From positions 32,001 to 96,000 of the IMG/VR virus record IMGVR_UViG_3300036820_000003: 64,000 nucleotides of DNA. One strand, written 5' to 3'. Source of the stretch: a virus. Made by a program: the position numbers and the translations under genes. Positions within the stretch are counted from its first letter, which is position 1. Every line of letters begins with the position of its first letter. Positions 36,507-45,387 of the stretch are shown piece after piece. The notes beneath the pieces are model-generated. The model saw only the letters and a program-made list of their open reading frames with translations, ran no database searches and was not told where the DNA came from.

Positions 36507-37786
36507 GAGGTTTCCTTCCTTTTCGCCGCGCGATACGCCGCGCGAATGTACACGTACTGACGAGCCAGGGAATAGGCCAGATCCGGCAGAATCAGCACCG
36601 TCGAGGCAATCGCCTTCCAGCCTGCTTTCCGAGCCTGGAACGCCTGTTCCAGAATCACGAGCGCGATCCCGATGAAGTAGTAAGGCGCGTTCACCGGATT
36701 AATCCCGCGCCAGCCGAACAAGTAGAACGACCAGCCGAGGTACACCAGCACCATCGGGGTGGCGAGCATCACAGCGTATGTCAGCACTTGACGAACAATC
36801 TGCTCGCGAGTCACTCGCGTCCAGCCGTACGCTCGCAGGGCGATGAGGGTGCCGTGCTGCCATCGTAGACGCTGGCTGTACCAGTCGCTCACGGTTTCCA
36901 TCACGTCGGTCAGCACCTGGCAGTTGGACGGCGCAACTGTCTTGACTCCGAGCTTCTTCAGTCGCAAGGTCAGCTCGTAGTCCTCGACAATCGAGCGCAC
37001 GTCGTAAACAGCTCCGTCGGGACGACTAGCGCAGACCTGGCGCATGACCCCAACCGGGATGGCCCATCCGGTTCCGCTCAGCACGTCGCACAGCGTCCTG
37101 CGATGCTGATGCCGAGCGAAGCGGGCGAACTCCGCGCGCTGCAACAGTCCCAGCAGGCCACCGCCCCTCCGCCCGTGGAAAGTCGCCCCCACTGCTCCGT
37201 ATCCAGCGTCCAGCCAGCGCAGGGCGTTCCGGATGAAGTTCGCGTCCGGAACCGAGTCGGCATCAAATCCGCATATCACGTCTTCGTCTTCCAGCCACGG
37301 CAGCAGCATCGCGAGACTGCGGTTCAAGTTACCCGCCTTGCGATCCTGATTCCCGATCGTGCACGTGATCGACACCGGGAAGCGCGCCGCCTCCTCGGCC
37401 AGCCCAGGGACGGCGTTGTCGGTGAGGACGTACACCTCATCTGGCTCGCGACTCTGAGTGAGCACCGCGCTGAGAGTCGCGCCCAGCTGCTCCACCTCGT
37501 TGTGAGCCGGAATCAGCACCACGACTTTTCGCGCACGCAGAGGTGACGGCGGCGGGAGAGGCTCACCCGGCACTGCGACTAGATCACAGCTGGTGACGCG
37601 CTCCCACGGCGCACGCTCCGTCACTCGCCTCCGACGCGGTAGCGTCGGAGCCGGAGCCTCCTCCCAGCGAGCACCTTCATCGAACAACTGCTCGAGCTGG
37701 TCAATCTCCGCCTTCACCTCGGGCGGGGGATGCGGCTCCGCGTACACCGGCATCTCAACAGTCGGATCCTGCTCTTCCGCGTTCAT
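36482..37786 (-). CDS. Processive family 2 glycosyltransferase (PgaC/IcaA/hyaluronan-synthase-like)
   Basis: LIPAHNE, DADS, LSGTG, VEDYELT, QRLRW and C-terminal TM helices; GGAAGGA RBS before MNAEEQ. Confidence 0.88.
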   Translation of the reverse strand: MNAEEQDPTVEMPVYAEPHPPPEVKAEIDQLEQLFDEGARWEEAPAPTLPRRRRVTERAPWERVTSCDLVAVPGEPLPPPSPLRARKVVVLIPAHNEVEQLGATLSAVLTQSREPDEVYVLTDNAVPGLAEEAARFPVSITCTIGNQDRKAGNLNRSLAMLLPWLEDEDVICGFDADSVPDANFIRNALRWLDAGYGAVGATFHGRRGGGLLGLLQRAEFARFARHQHRRTLCDVLSGTGWAIPVGVMRQVCASRPDGAVYDVRSIVEDYELTLRLKKLGVKTVAPSNCQVLTDVMETVSDWYSQRLRWQHGTLIALRAYGWTRVTREQIVRQVLTYAVMLATPMVLVYLGWSFYLFGWRGINPVNAPYYFIGIALVILEQAFQARKAGWKAIASTVLILPDLAYSLARQYVYIRAAYRAAKRKETSWGAGTSI

Positions 37787-37796
37787 GTTTCCTTCC

Positions 37797-38174
37797 TCAC
37801 AGCAGGCTCGGGTTGCGCCTTTGCTGTAAATACAGCATACCACGCCCAGCCGGCGCGAAGCGTCGGCCGAGGGCTCGGGGGGCTTCAATTGCAACTGGAA
37901 AACAGCCGCGTAAACAGCCACCCGCTTCTCGACTCCGGAGCATCCCAGCGAAAATCTCGTCCGGATCATCCACCGGATATGCCGGACTGACGGAGTATCC
38001 CCAGGCGGACGCCGCCATCCCCTCCAGAACTACCGGATCCTCCCGGGATCCGGCGTCCAGCTCCTCGCGCACTCGCCTGTCCATCCAGGTCACGGCCTCA
38101 ACCCAGCGTTCACTGGTGACGACTTCGAGGGGAGGAGAATCCGGGTCCGGCATCCCACGCCACAGCCAGCTCAT
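37797..38174 (-). CDS. Hypothetical protein
   Basis: GAAGGAGA RBS. Confidence 0.55.
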   Translation of the reverse strand: MSWLWRGMPDPDSPPLEVVTSERWVEAVTWMDRRVREELDAGSREDPVVLEGMAASAWGYSVSPAYPVDDPDEIFAGMLRSREAGGCLRGCFPVAIEAPRALGRRFAPAGRGMLYLQQRRNPSLL

Positions 38175-38196
38175 TCCGAGTCTCCTTCTTCCTCGC

Positions 38197-38463
38197 TCAG
38201 GTGAGCGGACGCGGGGACGGGGGGATGTGAGGAGGAGGAGGGACCTCCAACAGGGGAGCGGGGCTCGAAAGTGTATTCGAGTCCAGCATCACCTCCTCCG
38301 TCACCCGAATCAGCCTGATTCGAGTTCCGTTCCGGGTGGCGCGCGCGAGCGTCTCGTCGAAGCGCGTGCGAGCCCGTCGCTCCGACGAGCTGACCGGCAG
38401 GCGAATCAGCCGTCGCCATCCGCCGGGCACCTCCTCACGCAGCTCAAAGCGCTCAGTTCTCAT
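38197..38463 (-). CDS. Hypothetical protein (paralog of the C-terminal half of 38453-38923)
   Basis: RFE...W...RLIRVTEEVM. Confidence 0.6.
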   Translation of the reverse strand: MRTERFELREEVPGGWRRLIRLPVSSSERRARTRFDETLARATRNGTRIRLIRVTEEVMLDSNTLSSPAPLLEVPPPPHIPPSPRPLT

Positions 38464-38923
38464 ATTCCGTCAGCACCTCCTCCGTCACGCGCACCGCGCG
38501 CAGCGCTCCCGTTCCCGACCGCGCGAGCCAGCCCTCCGCCAGTTCCTCGCGAACGCGAGCCAGCTCTCGCAGGGCGTCCTCCGGCTTCCAGGTCACTGAG
38601 CGTGTGAAGGTGAACCACTCCCCGTCCGGTTCGAAGCGCTGCTGGATTTCGAAACGCGTCGAAAATGTTTTCGAACGAAGGACGCGCTCAGCCGCCTCGC
38701 GTATGCGAGTGAGCTCCTCCGGAGGCGTCGCCGAGGCGACGATCTGACGCGGGCAGATGTGAGATGCGGACCAGGTGATGAGATCCTCCAGCCAGGTAGC
38801 GTCACCGCGCGGATCTCCGAACACGTGAGTGACGCCGCACACCACGTGTCGCACCTCCACGTCGCCTTCGGCATTCAGACCTGTCACGTGGAAGGCGCGG
38901 AAGTTGACCGTCACAGGAACCAC
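38453..38923 (-). CDS. Hypothetical protein
   Basis: RFE...W...RAVRVTEEVL. Confidence 0.65.
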   Translation of the reverse strand: MVPVTVNFRAFHVTGLNAEGDVEVRHVVCGVTHVFGDPRGDATWLEDLITWSASHICPRQIVASATPPEELTRIREAAERVLRSKTFSTRFEIQQRFEPDGEWFTFTRSVTWKPEDALRELARVREELAEGWLARSGTGALRAVRVTEEVLTEYEN

Positions 38924-39189
38924 ACCTCGCCTTCCGTCTGACCCGCAGGGGTCGCGCGGGTGAGACGGAGCTGATCGCCGGAGGATAGCTCGGCTTCGAG
39001 TTTCCCGGCGCGAGACAGAGCACGATTAACCGCCTGGGTGATTCCCCAGCCGTTCAGCTCCTGCAGAGCCTGCAGACCGCGCAGACCCTCCCCGTCCAGC
39101 ACGACCGTCACGCGACGCTCGCGAGAGGAATCCCCGCCGTCGCCGCCGATCTGCTCGGACGGGAAATCGGGATCAGTACTTGCGATCAT
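38911..39189 (-). CDS. Ribbon-helix-helix-like DNA-binding protein
   Basis: RRVTVVL.....L..L....G..IT.AVNRAL. Confidence 0.5.
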   Translation of the reverse strand: MIASTDPDFPSEQIGGDGGDSSRERRVTVVLDGEGLRGLQALQELNGWGITQAVNRALSRAGKLEAELSSGDQLRLTRATPAGQTEGEVWFL

Positions 39190-39418
39190 GCAGTTCCTCC
39201 CGGGCGGGATTCGATTGCATCTGCGTCCTTTCATCTTCGGGCGCTAGAATGATGCAGCAGCGCTCACCCGCAGGACCCGTCACGTCCAGCGTCCAGCCGT
39301 CCTCGCGAACTCGCATCTCCTCCCTGACGACCGTCACGTCGGAGGGAAGCACCGACTCCACGTAAACAGCTATTCGTCTAGCGAACTCGTAGTTCGGATC
39401 CGAATTCGGCTCAGGCAT
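39173..39418 (-). CDS. Hypothetical protein
   Basis: AAGGAG RBS. Confidence 0.6.
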   Translation of the reverse strand: MPEPNSDPNYEFARRIAVYVESVLPSDVTVVREEMRVREDGWTLDVTGPAGERCCIILAPEDERTQMQSNPAREELHDRKY

Positions 39419-39698
39419 CTGAATCTGACTCCTTGTCGGGGACGTTCCTCGAACCCTGGAAACGGGGCGCGTAAACAGCAGGCTGGAAGAAGAGGGACGG
39501 AGCGTCGAAAACAGTTTCGAAGTGGGGCGGGGCGAGGGTGAGCGTGAGACCGGTGATGCAGCCGAAGCGCAGGATGTCGGCGATGTTCGGATTCTGATTC
39601 GGAATTCCGAGCCAGGTGACGGCCTCGACGCGACGACCTCGGAATAGGGCTCCGGGACGGGGGACTGGACGAGGGATGTAGTTGAGAGTGAGCTGCAT
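39411..39698 (-). CDS. Hypothetical protein
   Basis: ATG 39698 overlapping upstream stop. Confidence 0.5.
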   Translation of the reverse strand: MQLTLNYIPRPVPRPGALFRGRRVEAVTWLGIPNQNPNIADILRFGCITGLTLTLAPPHFETVFDAPSLFFQPAVYAPRFQGSRNVPDKESDSDA

Positions 39699-39956
39699 CA
39701 GCGAGTCGGACCCCCTAGGACGATTAGCGCGACTGTGATGAGCAGCTCCGTCAGCAAGAATCCGAGCATCAGCCACATGAGCGCCCAGGCCAGGACGTTG
39801 ACAACGCGCAGGATTCGCATCACACGCATCCGGTCACCGCCAGCGCCCCGAGGGCCAGAATCAGGAACCACACCGCGAGAGTCACCGAGGCCCAGCGAAC
39901 CTGTGAGGAGTGACGCAGGGCGCGCGGGTAGCAGCGCAGCCAGTTGAGAGCGAAGA

Positions 39957-40205
39957 TCACCCGGAAGCGGAAGTGAAGAACATGTGAACGGGTGAGGGAG
40001 CGCGGGAGGGGGGTTTTCGAACTAGTGTTCGGCATAATTCCGGCCTCCTCAAACGTCGACGCGGGACGTCCTTGTAGCCGAAAATCCGAGCGCGATCTTC
40101 CGAAGTCAGAGGGGCGGCCACTGTCTTGCGATAACGTCGCGCCGCGCGACGTTCGCTGATGCGAGTCGGGGTGATTCGCCACCAGACTTCACGCAGTACT
40201 GACAT
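39957..40205 (-). CDS. Basic hypothetical protein
   Basis: ORF overlapping neighbours. Confidence 0.5.
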   Translation of the reverse strand: MSVLREVWWRITPTRISERRAARRYRKTVAAPLTSEDRARIFGYKDVPRRRLRRPELCRTLVRKPPSRAPSPVHMFFTSASG

Positions 40206-40404
40206 GCGCGGCTCCGGGAAGGATGACGGTCCAGCCGTCGCGCGAGGTGTGCCGGACGCTGACCTCGCCGCCCGCAGGGGAGCAAGTGACGACGGGGACG
40301 TCGATTCCCGGTCGCATGGCGGTGTTCACCATGTCGATGGCGGTGTCCTCGGGGATGTAAACTGCCATCGCCGTGACGGCCTGATCCGCGGTCATTTCAT
40401 TCAT
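40189..40404 (-). CDS. Hypothetical protein
   Basis: AGGAAGGAAGGGAAGG RBS. Confidence 0.65.
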   Translation of the reverse strand: MNEMTADQAVTAMAVYIPEDTAIDMVNTAMRPGIDVPVVTCSPAGGEVSVRHTSRDGWTVILPGAAHVSTA

Positions 40405-40535
40405 TCCTTCCTTCCTTCCTTCCTTTTCCTCCGGGTTCGATTCCTCAAAGCCCCGCTGGGCGGACGACGGGCGGTCGAGTTCCCAGCGGGACGTTCAGGG
40501 TCCGACCGGGACCCGCCCCGGTCGGACGTTGGGGG

Positions 40536-41510
40536 TTAGGAGGAGGCGCTGCCCTCGTTGATGCTGAAGGAGTTGCCGGTGATGGCGCTGGGCTCCATCG
40601 TGATCTGGCTCGCTCCGTTGATGGTGTTCGCCTGGACGAGCAGCTCGCCGCCGATCAGCCGATTACGGATGCTGCCGTTGTAGTTGTCAAAGGTCGCGTT
40701 GCTGAACGTGACCAGGGGGAGGTCTGCGGGTGCGGTCAGATTGGGCGCGTTGGTGTTGTCCGCCCCGATGGCCGCCTCGAAGAAGTTCTCGGCGTTGACC
40801 CGCTCGGTGTACTGCAACTCCTTGACGAAAGTGCCCGAGGTGTTGTAGATGTCCACCGTGTACTGGATGAAGTGACGCTTCCCGGCGGGGGAGTAGTACG
40901 CGTCGAGAGTTACGGTGTCCCCCACGACGAGCGAGGTCTCGTCGACCGACGGCTGGACCTGATTGCCGGTGAACACGTAAGTGTCCGGGTCGCTGCCGGT
41001 GGCGATGCTGTTGACCCCCGTGGCGGAAGCGCCCAGTTCAGCGCCCGCCAGCTGAACGGCGGAGCCGGAGCGCAGGTTCGTCGAGCCCGGGTCGGTGACG
41101 ATGACGCCATCCTGACTGCAAGGGTCGCTGCCGGTGGCGTTCTCAGTCAGATCGCCGTATGCGCCCAGCACCTCGAACTGACCGCCCAGGAACGTGACGC
41201 CGAGCTGCGCGGCCACGTTGTCGTCGTCGTCGCACAGCTCGACGCCGGTCGCGCCGGGATAGCTGCTGTCCAGGGCGTTGTTCAGATGCATCATCGCGGC
41301 AGTGATCTTGAATGTGGCGTGTGCGTCCCTGAGGTGCCAGTTGTCCCAGTGCTCCACGTACAGGCCGGCCTCACCGGTGACGTTGCTGCTAGGACCGACG
41401 ACGGGAGCCGCGCTGGCCGCCGGAGCGAGGAAAGCCGAACCGCCGAGAGCCGCGACTGCGACGCCGGAGGCGATCAGCCTTGAGCGCCTGTTGTTGTACT
41501 TGCTGGACAC
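40536..41510 (-). CDS. Secreted beta-rich protein (weak resemblance to the G1/A4 peptidase fold)
   Basis: Signal peptide ending ASA-A; SSNVTG start of mature part; GTG start with GGAAGGA RBS. Confidence 0.75.
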   Translation of the reverse strand: MSSKYNNRRSRLIASGVAVAALGGSAFLAPAASAAPVVGPSSNVTGEAGLYVEHWDNWHLRDAHATFKITAAMMHLNNALDSSYPGATGVELCDDDDNVAAQLGVTFLGGQFEVLGAYGDLTENATGSDPCSQDGVIVTDPGSTNLRSGSAVQLAGAELGASATGVNSIATGSDPDTYVFTGNQVQPSVDETSLVVGDTVTLDAYYSPAGKRHFIQYTVDIYNTSGTFVKELQYTERVNAENFFEAAIGADNTNAPNLTAPADLPLVTFSNATFDNYNGSIRNRLIGGELLVQANTINGASQITMEPSAITGNSFSINEGSASS

Positions 41511-41617
41511 GGATGTCCTTCCTACGTTGGAAGGGCTTGCGGCCGCAAGCCCATGCGTAAAACCTACAGCATACGACCGCGCGCCGCAACCTTTTGATGC
41601 GGTGCGCGGTCAGTCGG

Positions 41618-42397
41618 CTATGCCTGAGTGGGAACCACCGCGAGCGCCATGTCCTCGGCTACCTCACGGTAGTTGGACACCCGGTCGAAGTAGTAGGCGT
41701 GAATCCAGGAGTGAGTCTTGGCGATTTCGACGTACTGGCTGTACGCCTCCTTGCCGGTGCCGTCGCCCAGGATGCCGACGGCCCACACCTCATCCCACTC
41801 GCCGTGGGAGCCGAGACCGTTCTTGAGCGTCGCCTGGGCGAGATACGCCTGGAATGCCTGCGCGTCGGCTAGCGCGCCGTCGGACAGGAGGATCCGAGCG
41901 CGAACCGGACGCTCGGCACGATGGGTGCTCCCGAACTCCGACATGTAGTGCGCGTCGCCGGCGCGGATAGCCGCCATGATCTCGGTTCCGCCCTGCGGCT
42001 TGCCGTCCTTGAAGTACTTAGCGACGAACGCCTGCATCTTCTCGTCGAAGTTGGAGGAGTTCAGATCGCCGTCGTCGTCCCCCTCCCCGATAGGGCAGAA
42101 GATGTTGCTGAACGGGTAGGTGTAGACTCCGCCCTTGTCGTCGTCGCCGTCGGACTGCTCGGCGGCAGCCTGGCTGTCCAGCTGCTCGAAGGGAATGATG
42201 ATCTCTCGCAGCGCCGCCACCTGCACATCGTAGGTGTTGACCGAGGAGTCGCTGGCCCAGGGCCAGCCTTCGGACTCCGACACGTCGAAGTAGATCTCCG
42301 GCTCTACCTCCCGAGGTCCGGTGAGCAGCGGTACGATGCGCTCGCGCGGAGTGCGATCCGGCCCGCCGGTCGGTGTTTCCGTTCTGGTGATTAGCAC
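41618..42397 (-). CDS. von Willebrand factor A domain protein
   Basis: MIDAS residues DVSES, GGT, LLSDG. Confidence 0.75.
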   Translation of the reverse strand: MLITRTETPTGGPDRTPRERIVPLLTGPREVEPEIYFDVSESEGWPWASDSSVNTYDVQVAALREIIIPFEQLDSQAAAEQSDGDDDKGGVYTYPFSNIFCPIGEGDDDGDLNSSNFDEKMQAFVAKYFKDGKPQGGTEIMAAIRAGDAHYMSEFGSTHRAERPVRARILLSDGALADAQAFQAYLAQATLKNGLGSHGEWDEVWAVGILGDGTGKEAYSQYVEIAKTHSWIHAYYFDRVSNYREVAEDMALAVVPTQA

Positions 42398-42479
42398 GCT
42401 CTTCCTTCCGTAAACCCTCTGTGTGGGGGCGTGTGCGTAAACAGCCTACAGCCGCCGACTTCGCGATGCAAGGGGCAGG

Positions 42480-43703
42480 CTAAGGGAGCGACGGCAGCGT
42501 GACGCCCGCCTCCTGCAGACGGGTTTTGATGTGATTGATCAGATGATACAGATCCCTGCAGTAAACGGACGGATTGTCGAATGATCCGACTCCGTTCTCG
42601 GTCGTCATGTAGCGATTCGGATAGTAGCCTCCTCCGCACACGTCGAAGACGGGACAAGTCTGGCAGACGGCTGACGGAGCGGGAGGCGTGTACCCCGGAT
42701 GGAGGGCTATCTGGTCAAGGGTGGAGGTTCGAACTGAGAGACCTGTGGCGGAGCCTCCGTCCGCTGTGGAGCGGAGAGCGTCCAGCAACTCGGCGGAGCC
42801 GTCGGCGTTCACCGCGAGGGAACGAGATCGAGGCGGAGGGCCGATGAAGCCGGCGCGCACATCGCGTCCCAGCAGACGACTGATGATGATGCGGAAGAGG
42901 CGGATCTGAGGGGCTCCCGGATCCAGGTACCAGGCGTCGAAAATATTTTCGAGCCAATCAGACGTCCCTGCGGCAGGAGGGCGATCCCATGTCTTCAGGC
43001 GAGGCAGCAGATCCAGCATCGGCGGGGACTGCGAGCGCAGGAACCTGTACGTCTCCACGGGATCGGAGTCGAGATTGACCACCGCCAGCAGACCCCCGTA
43101 ACTGGAAGTCCAGCGCGGGGAGCGCAGCAGGGCGAGGGCGTCCAGAACCTGAGACGTCGAGGAGGATCCGCTTTTGAAGGGACGATGCGAATTCTGGGCG
43201 TCGTTGCCGTCCAGGCTCACGCCGAAGCGAATCCCGGCTGGCGCGAGCGTCGTCAGCATGTCCTCGGTGAGGAGCGTCGCGTTGGTCTGCATGCTGAAGG
43301 TGAGAGTGGTTCCGGGGGGCGCCTCCGCTTTGAACGCGCTGACGATGTCGAGGATGCGAGCGGGACCCGCCAGCAGCGGCTCGCCTCCGTGCAGGATGAC
43401 GCGGAAGCGAGGGACGCTGTGGGAGCGCAGGTAGGTGCCCAGACGCGCCGCGAGGGTCAGGTAGATCGAGGGGGATATGAATCTGGGCTGGACGAGCCAG
43501 CTAGTATCCGCGAGGGAGTACATGTAGCAGTAATCGCAGTCCAGATTGCAGCGCGACGCTATCTTGAGCACAAGCTCGCTAAATATCGGAGTTGAAGGGG
43601 GTGTCGGGACTGATCTTCGACTGGAAGAGGGAATCAGGGGCTGAGTCGTTTTCGTCTCTGATCGCGTTGTTGAAGGGGTAGATATCCGGGCTGTCGCTTC
43701 CAC
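42480..43703 (-). CDS. fxsB: FxsB-family cyclophane-forming radical SAM/SPASM peptide maturase
   Basis: LVLKIASRCNLDCDYCYMY, LHGGEPLL, MQTNA, GVSLDG, CQTC...CGGGYY.NRY, FDNPSVYCRDL; GGAGGAG RBS. Confidence 0.88.
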   Translation of the reverse strand: MEATARISTPSTTRSETKTTQPLIPSSSRRSVPTPPSTPIFSELVLKIASRCNLDCDYCYMYSLADTSWLVQPRFISPSIYLTLAARLGTYLRSHSVPRFRVILHGGEPLLAGPARILDIVSAFKAEAPPGTTLTFSMQTNATLLTEDMLTTLAPAGIRFGVSLDGNDAQNSHRPFKSGSSSTSQVLDALALLRSPRWTSSYGGLLAVVNLDSDPVETYRFLRSQSPPMLDLLPRLKTWDRPPAAGTSDWLENIFDAWYLDPGAPQIRLFRIIISRLLGRDVRAGFIGPPPRSRSLAVNADGSAELLDALRSTADGGSATGLSVRTSTLDQIALHPGYTPPAPSAVCQTCPVFDVCGGGYYPNRYMTTENGVGSFDNPSVYCRDLYHLINHIKTRLQEAGVTLPSLP

Positions 43704-43752
43704 AAGAGGTCTCCTCCAGGATGACGGCGAGGGGGGTGATGGCGATGGGCAT
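43579..43752 (-). CDS. fxsA: FxSxx-COOH (FxsA-like) RiPP precursor, 57 aa, three cores (not in ORF track)
   Basis: MPIAITPLAVILEETSCGSDSPDIYPFNNAIRDENDSAPDSLFQSKISPDTPFNSDI*; GAAAGG RBS; ends in FNSDI. Confidence 0.85.
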   Translation of the reverse strand: MPIAITPLAVILEETSCGSDSPDIYPFNNAIRDENDSAPDSLFQSKISPDTPFNSDI

Positions 43753-43776
43753 GAGACGGCTGCCTTTCGTTGCGGG

Positions 43777-44580
43777 CTATCTGAGGGTGCGGGTGTCGAT
43801 GAGGCGGATGTTGGAGTCGTTGCCGTCGTAGTGCAGGCCGGTCACCAGGACGGGAGGGGCGTTGACCAGAGCGCGCTCGTGCAGCGTCTCGTGGAAGAGA
43901 TGATAGTGCCCGTGGAACACCCGGGTGACTTTGGTTCTGATGGCGATGTCCTGCAGGAGCCGGGAGTGCTGACGCGCGATGTGAATCATCGGCTTCCAGG
44001 ACTCGTGCGGGCGCGGGAGCGACGGGACCCAGCAGTCCGGCACGTCATGCGAGAGCAGCACGTCGGCCGGTCCGTCGGCGATGATTGAGTCGGCCTGCTC
44101 GCGGGTGATCTGCTCGTCCGGCCACCAGTCCACCCCCTCGGTTCGAGAGTGACGATCGACGCTGACCGCGCCTCCGACCGCGAGCCAGGTCTTCGAATTC
44201 CAGTTCCAACGAGTGCCGCGAGGGAGATAGCTGATCGCTTGGAATCCGCGCAGTCGCAGCGGGTAGTCGTGAGGCTGCTCGTAAGCTGCGAGCAGCTCTT
44301 GGATTTCGGGCCACCACTCGTGATTCCCGTCGATCCACCACAGCTCCATCCCGAGTTCGACCAGAGCGTTGTCGAGCTGCTGGATGGGCATGAGCCCGGC
44401 GGTCCAAGCGGCGGGCTCCATCAGCTTGAATCCGAAGTCGCCCAGCTGGATGACGATCTTCCGAGTCTCCCCGGCCTGGGCGAACTGGCCGTCGAGAGCC
44501 TCCAGGGCGTGCAGGGTCCACTTCAGATTCCCGTGCACGTCGCCGAGGAGTCCCACGAACTCGGGATCCTTGTCTTCCAT
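43777..44580 (-). CDS. Calcineurin-like metallophosphoesterase
   Basis: GDVHG, GDFG, GNHE, SHD, HGHYH. Confidence 0.88.
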   Translation of the reverse strand: MEDKDPEFVGLLGDVHGNLKWTLHALEALDGQFAQAGETRKIVIQLGDFGFKLMEPAAWTAGLMPIQQLDNALVELGMELWWIDGNHEWWPEIQELLAAYEQPHDYPLRLRGFQAISYLPRGTRWNWNSKTWLAVGGAVSVDRHSRTEGVDWWPDEQITREQADSIIADGPADVLLSHDVPDCWVPSLPRPHESWKPMIHIARQHSRLLQDIAIRTKVTRVFHGHYHLFHETLHERALVNAPPVLVTGLHYDGNDSNIRLIDTRTLR

Positions 44581-44664
44581 TCGTCCTTCCGTCCTTCCGT
44601 GGGAGGGGGCGGGCTGCGCCCGCCCCCTCACTATATACCCGCGTGCGCGCGTGCGCGCGGGGGA

Positions 44665-45387
44665 TCAGGCGTCGGAGTCGGAGCCGGGAATCAGCCTCGA
44701 GCGCAGGGTGCGCGGGATGCTCGGGGTGACCTTGACGGACGCGATGGTCGCGCCGTGCTCCAGACGCAGACGTGCGACGGCCGTGGCGACGGCCGCCGCA
44801 GCTCGCTCCTTGGCGACCTGCTCGCGCTGGGCTTGGCCGTAGTCGGACGGGAAGGCCGTCAGCGGCACGTCAAGCTCATGAGTCGTGATGACCCGGACGC
44901 GCATGACGGCGAGGGGAGCGGAGGGGGCTGACGAGGCGGATTCAGGCTTCAGGATGCTGATCAGTTCCTTGCGCAGGTGAGCGGGAATCTCGTAATCGTC
45001 GATCCTCTCGCTGCTCAGATAGCCGATCATGCCGCTCCGCCAGGCCTCCCCCTGCGCGCGGAAGGCGCTGAGCCGGGTCTCCAGGACGGCGGACGTGTCA
45101 TCCGCTCCGGCGGGGGGCAGGGGGACGTCGTAGACTGCCTGCTGACGGATGTGCTCCTCATCGAACTGGCTGTTGCGTCCCGGGATGCGCGGGACGCCGC
45201 GCGCTCGCAGCCAGTCGTTGGTGCCTTCGTGACACGGACCCGGGCCGCCGAAGTACACGCGCATCTTGTGCGCGTAGCGCGCCACCTCCACTCTCCAGGT
45301 GATCTGCCGGACGCGCTCCGCGTCGAGGGCGGACTGCAGCTCCTCCTGACGGGAAGGGCGGGGCGGGGATTCAATTGTCTCGGTCAT
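44665..45387 (-). CDS. Hypothetical protein
   Basis: GGAAGGAA RBS before MTETIE. Confidence 0.7.
   Translation of the reverse strand: MTETIESPPRPSRQEELQSALDAERVRQITWRVEVARYAHKMRVYFGGPGPCHEGTNDWLRARGVPRIPGRNSQFDEEHIRQQAVYDVPLPPAGADDTSAVLETRLSAFRAQGEAWRSGMIGYLSSERIDDYEIPAHLRKELISILKPESASSAPSAPLAVMRVRVITTHELDVPLTAFPSDYGQAQREQVAKERAAAAVATAVARLRLEHGATIASVKVTPSIPRTLRSRLIPGSDSDA

Noticed and set aside
42480-43703. Radical SAM enzyme as part of the DNA hypermodification pathway
   Set aside because: It has FxsB-type motifs, an adjacent FxSxx precursor, and lies on the other strand about 6 kb from the modification cluster
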